A model generated the notes under the pieces. That model ran no database searches and was not told the DNA's origin. It worked only from the letters and a program-made list of their open reading frames with translations. From the IMG/VR virus record IMGVR_UViG_3300016466_000019, positions 1 to 37,436 of that record: 37,436 nt of DNA, one strand, 5' to 3'. Every line of letters begins with the position of its first letter. Position 1 is the stretch's first letter. The position numbers were made by a program, and so were the translations under genes. The stretch is from a virus (taxonomy: Duplodnaviria > Caudoviricetes). Shown piece by piece: positions 9,034 through 16,905 of this stretch.

Positions 9034-9347
9034 GCGTAGGTTCCTCCAGAAATCGTCCCAGATACATCCAGATCACCTGTAATGCTGACCTTGCCAGCCG
9101 CACCTTTCGTGGTGATATTGATGTTGATAGTTGCGTCTGTACCATCTGCGGCCAGCGTAGTCCCAGACAGCGTAAGACCGGCTGCGGCGACATCGGTGTC
9201 GAACGTACTAGCGTTGACCGTCCGCCCCTTAGTGAGATTGTCGATGGATACTTTTTTGGTCGATCCACTCTGTACGATAGGTAGTTCTTCAGTCCCGACG
9301 ACGGGAGTCGAAGCGCCTGTCAATGCTGAAATTTTTGCGTCCGCCAT
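9030..9347 (-). CDS. Small fibre adaptor (105 aa; MADAKISAL... ending ISGGTYA)
   Basis: Shares TLAADGTDAxIxINITxKG with the 15110-16249 fibre. ATGA overlap with the downstream fibre gene. Confidence 0.8.
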   Translation of the reverse strand: MADAKISALTGASTPVVGTEELPIVQSGSTKKVSIDNLTKGRTVNASTFDTDVAAAGLTLSGTTLAADGTDATININITTKGAAGKVSITGDLDVSGTISGGTYA

Positions 9348-9350
9348 TTG

Positions 9351-9479
9351 TCACTCCAAAAGGATGTAAGAGCCGTCTTCTTGCAGCAGATCATCGCCAC
9401 TCTCTTGCAGCAAGTTGTTGAGGAGCGCAGAGGTCTGCCTCCGAATCCGCCGCATGATCAGGACAATATTCAGCGCCAT
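9351..9479 (-). CDS. 42-aa peptide ending LLQESGDDLLQEDGSYILLE
   Basis: MALNIVLIMRRIRRQTSALLNNLLQESGDDLLQEDGSYILLE*. Fills the gap between 9481 and 9347. Not in the ORF track. Confidence 0.75.
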   Translation of the reverse strand: MALNIVLIMRRIRRQTSALLNNLLQESGDDLLQEDGSYILLE

Positions 9480-9480
9480 G

Positions 9481-9834
9481 TCAGCCCCGCATCACCAATG
9501 TCACATCAATCGCATTGGCCGCACCGCCTGTTACTACCGGGCGTAGATACATCGCAGCGGTCGTGAACTCGAAGATCGCATTGGCGGTTGCACTGATCGT
9601 GGTGCCCCCCAAGTCCTTCATGTCGAAGTAAGTCACGCCGTCGTTCGAGGTCTGCAACCCTACGGTCGCGCCGCCGAAAGTGCCGCCGAACTGCACAGCA
9701 CCTGCCACAGCAGCCTGAGCCGCAATGGGCAGGGCAGTGATGGTGTCGCCGGTCACGATGTCAGCCCACGTCACACGGGGTACTTTGGCGGCTTGCGCCG
9801 CCACGAAGTCGAATGCGGGAGATACGGTCGCCAT
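9481..9834 (-). CDS. Small beta-sandwich virion protein (possible spike/fibre base)
   Basis: 117 aa, AAAGGA RBS, alternating beta-strand pattern (GGTFGGATVGLQTSNDGVTYFD...YLRPVVTGG). Confidence 0.7.
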   Translation of the reverse strand: MATVSPAFDFVAAQAAKVPRVTWADIVTGDTITALPIAAQAAVAGAVQFGGTFGGATVGLQTSNDGVTYFDMKDLGGTTISATANAIFEFTTAAMYLRPVVTGGAANAIDVTLVMRG

Positions 9835-9854
9835 GATCTTTCCTTTCTAGTCGA

Positions 9855-10151
9855 TCAGCAATCTTCGACGTTGCGGTATTCCTCTAACGTCTTGATGTAA
9901 TCATAAGCCTGCTTGATGAAATTTGCGCCATCGAGATTGGGAGCAAACGATACCTCGGCGTAGCGCATGGCTCCGTGTTCCTCAGACCGAATACTGAGGC
10001 GGGCAACAACATGCGCCTTCGATGCTGTAACTTGTTCCACCTTGATATAGCAATGTCCGAAGTCCACTTGCTCATTACCCCGAACGATGCTCCATCCGTC
10101 GCCGCGAGTTTCAGTGACGCCTTCAAAATTCATTCTTTTACGTAGTGCCAT
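9855..10151 (-). CDS. Putative tailspike/fibre assembly chaperone-like protein (98 aa)
   Basis: GGAG RBS before MALRKRMNF. Directly downstream of the tailspike. Ends NFIKQAYDYIKTLEEYRNVEDC. Confidence 0.6.
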   Translation of the reverse strand: MALRKRMNFEGVTETRGDGWSIVRGNEQVDFGHCYIKVEQVTASKAHVVARLSIRSEEHGAMRYAEVSFAPNLDGANFIKQAYDYIKTLEEYRNVEDC

Positions 10152-10163
10152 AGCAAACTCCAA

Positions 10164-12239
10164 TCAGTAGACTTTGATCCCGGCAATCTGCCAGACCTGC
10201 GCGTAATTTTTTACGCCGAACCGCAACGCCACCTGCGCAGCATTTGCATCACACGAAACAATCTTGCGAACTGTTCGCCACGCTTGCGCCCCCGCCGTCG
10301 AGGTTAAATCTGCGACTGTGCCGTCATCAATCTGAGTAGAGCCAAGGAATGTCCCTGCATCGTCGTAGTAGATAACCGCGATATTGCCGTAAAACTGCGT
10401 TGTGCCAGCAAGCACTTGCATGGTCAACTCAAGAACAAACGGACGCCCATCAATGCGAATGGCTTGGTCGATGTTGACCTTAGTCGTGGCAAAACAATCC
10501 TGCCCAGATGCCCCAGTTAGCTGCAATGCTTTTTTATAGATGGGGTGGGAAGCTGCGACAACAGCCGCAAAAGTTCCCGCGCCAGCCGTCACGTCGTATC
10601 GAGAAATATCCGGGTAAACAGCGTAATACCATGCGCGGTTGTCTTTTGCAAAATCGAGCGTGTAATCACCGCTCGAATCTGAAAGGCGGCAATCCGTGAA
10701 CGTAACTTTTGCTTTCGACCAATACGGAGCAGTTACCGAGTCTAAGATCGAAGTCTTGACCTGCTGGTCAAACCGTGAGTTGATAAAAACAAGGTCTGCG
10801 TCTGGGTTAGAACTACGGACAATACCCGTAGCAGCGTACCCCGGATGTGAGCCAAAGTGCAATCCATTTGCATGGAATTTAATCGTACCGCTTGACTGTA
10901 CATCAATAAAAGGAACACTATCCGGATTCCAGTAATTATTAGATACGTTGTTGACAAAAGTGCGACTATTTTGCCCAAGGAAAAAGTTAGAACACGCGAT
11001 CTCGTTCACGCAGTTATTAAGATAGACCAGTGCGGTATATGGACTGGTTGTTCCTGGAGAACCGCAGATCATGGCGTACCCAGAAAACGTGGTGTTTTTG
11101 ATGAGGTAGGAGTTGGAAATCATCAAGGCTCCCACCACCACCTCAATACACGCCGACACCGAATCATTCCAGACACCGGGGTTGTAGAGAGGCCACTCGT
11201 TGGGTTGGACAACAAGCGTGCTCCCCGTCACTGTGAGAAAACCATTGGGCTGATTGTAGAAGATGGGGCGCTCACAACCGCGAGTGCGCCACCCGAAAAT
11301 ATGGTTCTCGGAGACAGGAGCGTCTACAGGAGCACGACCGGGGGCACCAGTGTCGCCGTACAAGATGCCAATCTTGCACGCATCAGTGACCAGTCCGTAA
11401 ATATGGATGAACTCTGGATACCACGCCTCAGCGGCGTACTTGTGCCACCAGATGCAGGCTTCGTAGTTTGTTTGATACGCAAGCGTAACCTCCAGATCAT
11501 AAAAAATCTGGTAGTATGCTGTGATCTCGACGGGGGCAACAACACCGCTGGCAGATGGGTTACCGACGATGTAAGAGCTTGCGAAGCGATACCGGCCACC
11601 TGCGGTACGGAACTTCACATTAGTCACCATGTACCCGCCAAAAAGGTCGCCCTTTGGAAACAAAATATGTTTCCCCGAATCAATCGCGGCCTGAATTGCG
11701 ACAGAGTTATCTGTACCAGTACTCCCGTTCCAGTCGGGAATGGCCCCAAAATCGAGCACACTCACCCAATCACTCTCTTTGTCACGAACCGACCGAGTGA
11801 CTGTGCCATATGCCGAAGTCTTCGGGATGTACTTTGACGTGTTGGCATTCACAATCTCCTGCAACGCACCCTCGACGTTCGTAGCGGAGTAGTAACCTCC
11901 AGCATCGGCAATCGAAACATTTGCTGCAACAAGGGCGCTTGTAGCGTCTAGTACACTCTGGGCTGTGACGCGCATTTCCAAACGACTACCCGCCGCAAAA
12001 GACTGCGCAGAAGAACCTTCCTGTGCCCGTACAACGGTTAAAGAATCACCAGACCGAGCAGTGACCTTGATGACCTCCAACGTGCCGCCAGAACTGACCA
12101 ATGTGGCGTAGAAGTAATCGCTTACCCCGAGAGTCGGAAATGCAGCCCCATCACCAGCGTTCAACGCAATACCAGTATCGGACGCATTGATAGCTGTGGC
12201 GAGGTAGCCAACGACATTGTTTTTGAGTTTGATAGCCAT
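10164..12239 (-). CDS. Tailspike / receptor-binding protein with probable beta-helix depolymerase and C-terminal carbohydrate-binding-like domain
   Basis: N-terminal anchor domain, ATNVEGALQEI linker, VSVLDFGAIPD...TDNSVAIQAAIDSG...FPKG (pectate-lyase-3-like start), Asn-rich beta-helix. Confidence 0.85.
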   Translation of the reverse strand: MAIKLKNNVVGYLATAINASDTGIALNAGDGAAFPTLGVSDYFYATLVSSGGTLEVIKVTARSGDSLTVVRAQEGSSAQSFAAGSRLEMRVTAQSVLDATSALVAANVSIADAGGYYSATNVEGALQEIVNANTSKYIPKTSAYGTVTRSVRDKESDWVSVLDFGAIPDWNGSTGTDNSVAIQAAIDSGKHILFPKGDLFGGYMVTNVKFRTAGGRYRFASSYIVGNPSASGVVAPVEITAYYQIFYDLEVTLAYQTNYEACIWWHKYAAEAWYPEFIHIYGLVTDACKIGILYGDTGAPGRAPVDAPVSENHIFGWRTRGCERPIFYNQPNGFLTVTGSTLVVQPNEWPLYNPGVWNDSVSACIEVVVGALMISNSYLIKNTTFSGYAMICGSPGTTSPYTALVYLNNCVNEIACSNFFLGQNSRTFVNNVSNNYWNPDSVPFIDVQSSGTIKFHANGLHFGSHPGYAATGIVRSSNPDADLVFINSRFDQQVKTSILDSVTAPYWSKAKVTFTDCRLSDSSGDYTLDFAKDNRAWYYAVYPDISRYDVTAGAGTFAAVVAASHPIYKKALQLTGASGQDCFATTKVNIDQAIRIDGRPFVLELTMQVLAGTTQFYGNIAVIYYDDAGTFLGSTQIDDGTVADLTSTAGAQAWRTVRKIVSCDANAAQVALRFGVKNYAQVWQIAGIKVY

Positions 12240-12240
12240 G

Positions 12241-12588
12241 TCAGTAGGTTCCCCCGTTTATCGTGCCCGCGACAACCGCTGCTTCTGAAACAGCGTCCAG
12301 AACACTTTGTACGGTGATACGCATCTCAAGACGGCTATTTGCCGGAAATGGAACCGCCAGCGTACCTTCTTGTGCCCGGACAACTGTCATGGCGTCATCG
12401 GTACGCGCAGTAACCTTGATGATCTCGATGGTTCCCGCACTACTAACCAACGTCGCAAAAAAATAGTCAGACCCACCGAGAGTCGGAAAAAGTGCGCCCT
12501 GCCCAGATGACACACTCAGAGACGTAGCAACACTACTCACCGCAGCGGGGACAGTAGCCGAAACATTATTTGCGAGCTTAATTCCCAT
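12241..12588 (-). CDS. Stand-alone tailspike anchor-domain paralog (115 aa) ending INGGTY
   Basis: Start MGIKLANN (GGAG RBS). Clearly similar to the first ~100 aa of 10164-12239. Confidence 0.85.
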   Translation of the reverse strand: MGIKLANNVSATVPAAVSSVATSLSVSSGQGALFPTLGGSDYFFATLVSSAGTIEIIKVTARTDDAMTVVRAQEGTLAVPFPANSRLEMRITVQSVLDAVSEAAVVAGTINGGTY

Positions 12589-12589
12589 A

Positions 12590-13366
12590 TTACGCTCCAA
12601 AAGGCTGCATACGCGCACGCATCATGCCACGTACATTTCCAAGATTGGCACGAGCGCGACGTTCGCTGCACTGGAAAACAAACTGCTTGGCGTGATACGC
12701 TGCCAACTCACGATCCGACCAGTGTGTATTTGGTAACACCAGAAGATGTTGGAGCGCCCCATGCAGGATGACTTCCTCCAACTCATCGAAAATCACCTCA
12801 TCCATGCCCGTCGCATTTTTCTTGGGCTTGAGCGCCAAAAACATGCGGCAACGGTACGTCGCTTGGTCATCCGGCAACGGTAGGATGATGTACTTGTCAG
12901 GCGTGACCTGCGTGATGGACTGCGGCGTACTAGCGTCTGCTACGACAGCAGCAGGAACAACAAAAGCGTTACCATCATTAAAGAGGTCTTCGTTGTACTC
13001 TGCACTATTAAACGCCGACGGCGGCGTCAGACTCCATGCCACAGATGGGTCTTGCCCTGAATATAGGTCAGCCCACTGCGGGTACAACTCGATGGCTTTC
13101 TCCATCGTCAGACGCTCAAGCGGGCGTTGGTTGACGACCGCCTCGAACATCACATGCACGTCAGTGTTCCCCGGCTTGTTGTAGACGTACTCACTGACAC
13201 CGGGCAACAAGTTGAACAGTGGCACTTGATACCGCCAGAACAGCGTGCGCTCACACGCTCTTATCGCGGCATCGCGGATGTAGTTCAACATGGTCGGGGT
13301 AGGGCACCCCGGCACAGATGGGTTGAGCTTAGGGATCAACGAGGCGAAGGTACGGTCTGCCATCAA
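12590..13366 (-). CDS. Head-tail adaptor / tail tubular-like protein
   Basis: 258 aa. PSVPGCP..IRDAAIRACERT.FWR and GALQHLLVLPNTHWSD motifs. Located in the tail cluster. Confidence 0.7.
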   Translation of the reverse strand: MMADRTFASLIPKLNPSVPGCPTPTMLNYIRDAAIRACERTLFWRYQVPLFNLLPGVSEYVYNKPGNTDVHVMFEAVVNQRPLERLTMEKAIELYPQWADLYSGQDPSVAWSLTPPSAFNSAEYNEDLFNDGNAFVVPAAVVADASTPQSITQVTPDKYIILPLPDDQATYRCRMFLALKPKKNATGMDEVIFDELEEVILHGALQHLLVLPNTHWSDRELAAYHAKQFVFQCSERRARANLGNVRGMMRARMQPFGA

Positions 13367-14007
13367 ATCACCTGTCTCGGGTCAAGCCCGCCTTCTTCTG
13401 TGTCAGTGATGACGCGGGACTGAAGCCCCACACCTAGACCCTGCACAAACGCATCCTGAAACAACTTGGCACGCCCCGAGTTCACATGCTCGTTGTCCAC
13501 CGACTCTGATAGGTAAACCGTCCCTTCCACCACGGAGGTAAGATAGGCATCCGGCAGCAGCGCCACGGTGTCGTTGAGCGCGTAGGTTGCGGGCGACTGC
13601 GCGTACTCCCCAACTAGCACAATACCAACCGTGGGGCGAGGGTAGACGAAGAACTTGTTGGGGTTGCGCACATGGCGCATGAAGTTCACAGGAGTACCAG
13701 CCGCCTCATTGACCCAGTTAGGCAACATGCGGTCGAGCGTCTCCTTGGAGACTTCAGTCACCGCATCGCCGTTCTTGACTTGGAAAATCTGCATGAGCCG
13801 CACCGAGTCAGCCGGACAGCTTTGAAGTACAGTGTTAGCTGTGGTAGTGAAGTCCCCGATAACCGCGAACAGATCGGGACGAAGCACCACCATCTTCTTC
13901 AGAGTCTGATTCACGAACCCGAGCAGCATCGCATCGCTGTAGCGATACGGCGTCTTGGTGTCTTGGATCAGACGCCTTACTTCAGTGATGACTTCGTTCG
14001 GTGTCAT
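13363..14007 (-). CDS. Head-tail adaptor protein
   Basis: 214 aa, EVRRLIQD...RYSD...LRPD and FFVYP motifs. Coupled to neighbours. Confidence 0.7.
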   Translation of the reverse strand: MTPNEVITEVRRLIQDTKTPYRYSDAMLLGFVNQTLKKMVVLRPDLFAVIGDFTTTANTVLQSCPADSVRLMQIFQVKNGDAVTEVSKETLDRMLPNWVNEAAGTPVNFMRHVRNPNKFFVYPRPTVGIVLVGEYAQSPATYALNDTVALLPDAYLTSVVEGTVYLSESVDNEHVNSGRAKLFQDAFVQGLGVGLQSRVITDTEEGGLDPRQVI

Positions 14008-14270
14008 TAAGGTAGTCCTCGGGAGGCTTCTTCAGCCAACTCAGGAGAAGTATACGGCGGGGCTTCTGGGATGTCAGCAGTTGATAGGTCAAGTGCTGCA
14101 CCGCGCTTCTTCCGTACCGATGCAATCCGCTTCGGGGCTTCAGGCGGCATAAACCGCTCGGGGTATGCAATCTCCTCGGGGACTACTTCGCAATCCGGGT
14201 TCTTCGCCAGAATCTCGTTGTAGTCGTAAATGAAGCCGTCTTTCTTGACGCGGATGTACATCGTACTCAT
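14007..14270 (-). CDS. Hypothetical protein
   Basis: 87 aa, overlapping start/stop with both neighbours. Confidence 0.75.
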   Translation of the reverse strand: MSTMYIRVKKDGFIYDYNEILAKNPDCEVVPEEIAYPERFMPPEAPKRIASVRKKRGAALDLSTADIPEAPPYTSPELAEEASRGLP

Positions 14271-14500
14271 CTGAACCTCGCTGTCTTCTTCGCTATGCTC
14301 TTTGGCTGCGCAACGAACTGCTTGCCAGCCGCCTTACCCGCACGCTTCGCACGAGTTGTTGCTGCGTATTCAGCAGGTGTCAGTGCCTTGATCGCCTGTT
14401 CGGGCAGATACCGCTCACCCGTCTTGGACGAGGGTTTACCCGACTTCGTGCGCCATTTCTGCGCAGTCCAGTCTTTGAGCGATTGCTGGGGCGCTTTCAC
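14267..14500 (-). CDS. Small basic protein (QSLKDWTAQKWRTK, GERYLP; DUF5872-like)
   Basis: 77 aa, Lys/Arg-rich, GTGA overlap with the upstream gene. Confidence 0.8.
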   Translation of the reverse strand: MKAPQQSLKDWTAQKWRTKSGKPSSKTGERYLPEQAIKALTPAEYAATTRAKRAGKAAGKQFVAQPKSIAKKTARFR

Positions 14501-14673
14501 TTACCGAGCTTCCGCAGCGTCTGTGCGAGACGGGCACGTTGGCCCATCTTGCCGGGTTTCTTGGCAGCAGCCGCCAGCTTTTCAGCCGGGATCGTCTCGC
14601 CCTTCTTCACGCCCATCGCAGCCCGGAGCGCACCGGGCTTCTTGATAGCCTTCTGAATCCATTTCTCAGCCAC
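14497..14673 (-). CDS. Small basic protein (58 aa; MAEKWIQKAIKKPGAL...RARLAQTLRKL)
   Basis: GTG at 14673 overlapping the end of the previous gene. C-terminal part of the ORF-track 14497..14826 frame. Confidence 0.75.
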   Translation of the reverse strand: MAEKWIQKAIKKPGALRAAMGVKKGETIPAEKLAAAAKKPGKMGQRARLAQTLRKLGK

Positions 14674-14854
14674 GATAACCACCGCCTTTCGCTTTGTATT
14701 CCTTCGCCAGCAACTGTGCCTTGCGGGCGCTCCACTGGCCTGCGGCAGTGCCCTGCACTGCTTGCCCCTTGATCTTCTCAAACAGCCGCTTGCGCATCTC
14801 AGGCTTCGTATAGTTGCCTGCCGCATTCACCTTGGACTTTGGTTTGGCTGCCAT
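14666..14854 (-). CDS. Small basic protein (GQWSARKAQLLAKEYKAKGGGY)
   Basis: 62 aa, Lys-rich, tightly packed. Confidence 0.8.
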   Translation of the reverse strand: MAAKPKSKVNAAGNYTKPEMRKRLFEKIKGQAVQGTAAGQWSARKAQLLAKEYKAKGGGYRG

Positions 14855-14855
14855 A

Positions 14856-15110
14856 TCAGCAGTTCCATGCCCGAAGGCTCTTGTTGATACGACTGTTCGG
14901 ATCGTTGGCCGTCTTCTTGGAGGTCAGCTTCTTCTTCATACCCTCCATCCGGGCACAGAAGGAATCGCGCCGTGGGCCACCTTCAGGCTGCGGAGGTTTG
15001 AGTCCGGGTTTACCCGGATTGGCCTTGTTGTAGGACGCACGCCCCTTGGCGTTCAGACCACCCTTGGGGTCTTTGCCTTCCTTGCGCTGCCATGCTGGTG
15101 TCTTTGCCAT
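14856..15110 (-). CDS. Small basic protein (KGGLNAKGR, RRDSFCARM, SLRAWNC; DUF6321-like)
   Basis: 84 aa, TAATG coupling with the upstream fibre gene. Confidence 0.8.
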   Translation of the reverse strand: MAKTPAWQRKEGKDPKGGLNAKGRASYNKANPGKPGLKPPQPEGGPRRDSFCARMEGMKKKLTSKKTANDPNSRINKSLRAWNC

Positions 15111-16249
15111 TACGCCACCGCTCCTTTCAGTACAACGAACTGTATGACCGGGCTGTCTGTGCCTGCGGTCGGAATGGTCGCATTGTCGATGTTACCGACA
15201 GAAATGACGCACGACCCTGCGGAGACGGAGACAACGTGAACCTGATAGTACTTACGTGTAGCTGCGGCTACGCCCGACTTGATATTCAGTACGAGGACAT
15301 CATTCGCCGCAATAGTGCTGTTAGTTAACGTGAACTCATCAGCCTCATGTCCAGATAGCGTGCCTGCAAAAAGTACGATCTCCCCGGTGATCTTGTCAAG
15401 CGTAACCCCGGTGGTGCGGCTTGTACCTTGTGTGACTGTACCGCCCGAGCCGGTGTTGTAGCCCAACTCAGTGGTAGCGAGAATAGACCCGCCGTCAATA
15501 TCGACTTTGGAGATATTGACTTCGCCGGTGCCCTTGGGCGACAACGTAATGTCGATGTTCGTGTCGTCGCCTGTAGCGGAAAGCACGGGCGCGTTACCCG
15601 TCGCCGCGTTTGCTAGCGTCAGTTCGTTGACCGCCGAGGCAGTTGCAGTGACTTTCAGCAACTCGTTGCCGTTGGTGTCGTTGACTCCCGTGACAACACG
15701 AGGAGATGTAGCCGACAACGCCCCGACAACCGTGCGGCCAGTGCCCTTGGGCGTGATGTTGATGTCGATGTTGGCGTCAGTGCCATCTGCGGCCAGCGTA
15801 TTGCCGTTGAGGTTCACCCCGGCTGCTGCCGCGCTGGTAGCGAACGTGCCCGACTCAATAGACGTGACACCCGAAAACGAACCTGTGAACGTCACTCCAG
15901 AGATTGAGCCGCCCGTGATGCTGACCGCCCCAGAACTCTGGGTCGCCATCGTGCCGAGGCCCAGTGCGGCCCGCGCACCAGATGGACTTGGGAATGACGG
16001 ATTGTTGATGACGGTATTACCAACCCCGTTGGGCTGAAGAATGACATTGCCATTCGTGTCCACAGACGTGATCGTGTTGCCATCAAGGCGAATGTTGTCT
16101 ACAGATGCAGAACCCGTACCGAGCTTCAACGCCGTGGCAACACCCGTCCCGCTATAAACAACTTTTTCAGACGACGTTGGGCCGTCATCCACATGAAGTA
16201 GTTGATCATAAGTACTGGCAATCGTTGTGCCGGTCAGGTTAGTTGGCAT
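15110..16249 (-). CDS. Fibre-like virion protein (379 aa)
   Basis: N-terminus MPTNLTGTTIASTYDQLL, DTNGN/PKGTG repeats, ARAALGLG linker, beta-sandwich C-terminus. Confidence 0.75.
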   Translation of the reverse strand: MPTNLTGTTIASTYDQLLHVDDGPTSSEKVVYSGTGVATALKLGTGSASVDNIRLDGNTITSVDTNGNVILQPNGVGNTVINNPSFPSPSGARAALGLGTMATQSSGAVSITGGSISGVTFTGSFSGVTSIESGTFATSAAAAGVNLNGNTLAADGTDANIDINITPKGTGRTVVGALSATSPRVVTGVNDTNGNELLKVTATASAVNELTLANAATGNAPVLSATGDDTNIDITLSPKGTGEVNISKVDIDGGSILATTELGYNTGSGGTVTQGTSRTTGVTLDKITGEIVLFAGTLSGHEADEFTLTNSTIAANDVLVLNIKSGVAAATRKYYQVHVVSVSAGSCVISVGNIDNATIPTAGTDSPVIQFVVLKGAVA

Positions 16250-16267
16250 CCACTATTCTCCTAGAAA

Positions 16268-16287
16268 CAGGGGGCCGAAGCCCCCTG
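16268..16287 (-). terminator. cUUCGg hairpin (CAGGGGGC-TTCG-GCCCCCTG) followed by a short T-rich run
   Basis: Perfect 8-bp stem just after the stop of 16291-16860. Duplicate of 16881-16898. Confidence 0.6.
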
Positions 16288-16290
16288 CCA

Positions 16291-16860
16291 TCACACTGCC
16301 GCGCTGAACGGAGTGGCTTCAACACCTGTTGCGATGATGTTTCCATGAATCGCATACAAGTTTGCCGCCACATCCACCAACGTCAAGATGCCGCCAGCAA
16401 GACCGCCAGTCGTCGAACCATTCATCGTGATGGTGTCGCTCGTAGCAGTCGTACTGAACTCAGTGCCAGTCCCCGCAGCCTGATCCGTAACGAACAACGA
16501 ACCCGACATGACATCGGTGTTGTCTGCAACCTGAATCACGTAGTTGTTACTGGTAACCAGAGTCTTGACAGTGAAGCGGAACACTGCGCCAGAACCAGTT
16601 GCAGCAGGTAGCGTAGCCACCACGCCAGCAGCGCGATCCAGCACAATGATCTTGCTGTCATGGCTTGCGACCGTGACAGCCAGTGTCGCTGCGGTTGCAG
16701 CAACAAGACGCGACGACACATCTGCCGCTGCGTTGATCTCAGCCGCTGTCGCGGTGAGGTTGGTGCCCCCAATCTGCGGCGTCCCAGTGAGGTTCAGGTT
16801 GTAAGCCGTACCCCCATTGAGCGTCGGATTGTCTTGGGCTATGCCGGTATAAACACCCAT
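16291..16860 (-). CDS. Capsid decoration / head-fibre-like protein
   Basis: 189 aa Ala/Thr-rich, TATAAEIN and TLPAATGSG motifs, AAAGGAG RBS, downstream of the capsid genes. Confidence 0.65.
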   Translation of the reverse strand: MGVYTGIAQDNPTLNGGTAYNLNLTGTPQIGGTNLTATAAEINAAADVSSRLVAATAATLAVTVASHDSKIIVLDRAAGVVATLPAATGSGAVFRFTVKTLVTSNNYVIQVADNTDVMSGSLFVTDQAAGTGTEFSTTATSDTITMNGSTTGGLAGGILTLVDVAANLYAIHGNIIATGVEATPFSAAV

Positions 16861-16880
16861 GATCTTCTCCTTTCGTTAGA

Positions 16881-16898
16881 CAGGGGGCCGAAGCCCCC
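16881..16898 (-). terminator. cUUCGg hairpin (GGGGGC-TTCG-GCCCCC) without a strong U-tract
   Basis: Immediately after the stop of 16906-17373. Confidence 0.55.
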
Positions 16899-16905
16899 CA
16901 TCAAG

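Noticed and set aside
14674-14826. N-terminal extension of the 109-aa ORF-track call 14497..14826
   Set aside because: Overlaps the 62-aa gene entirely. The GTG at 14673 gives a compact coupled gene.
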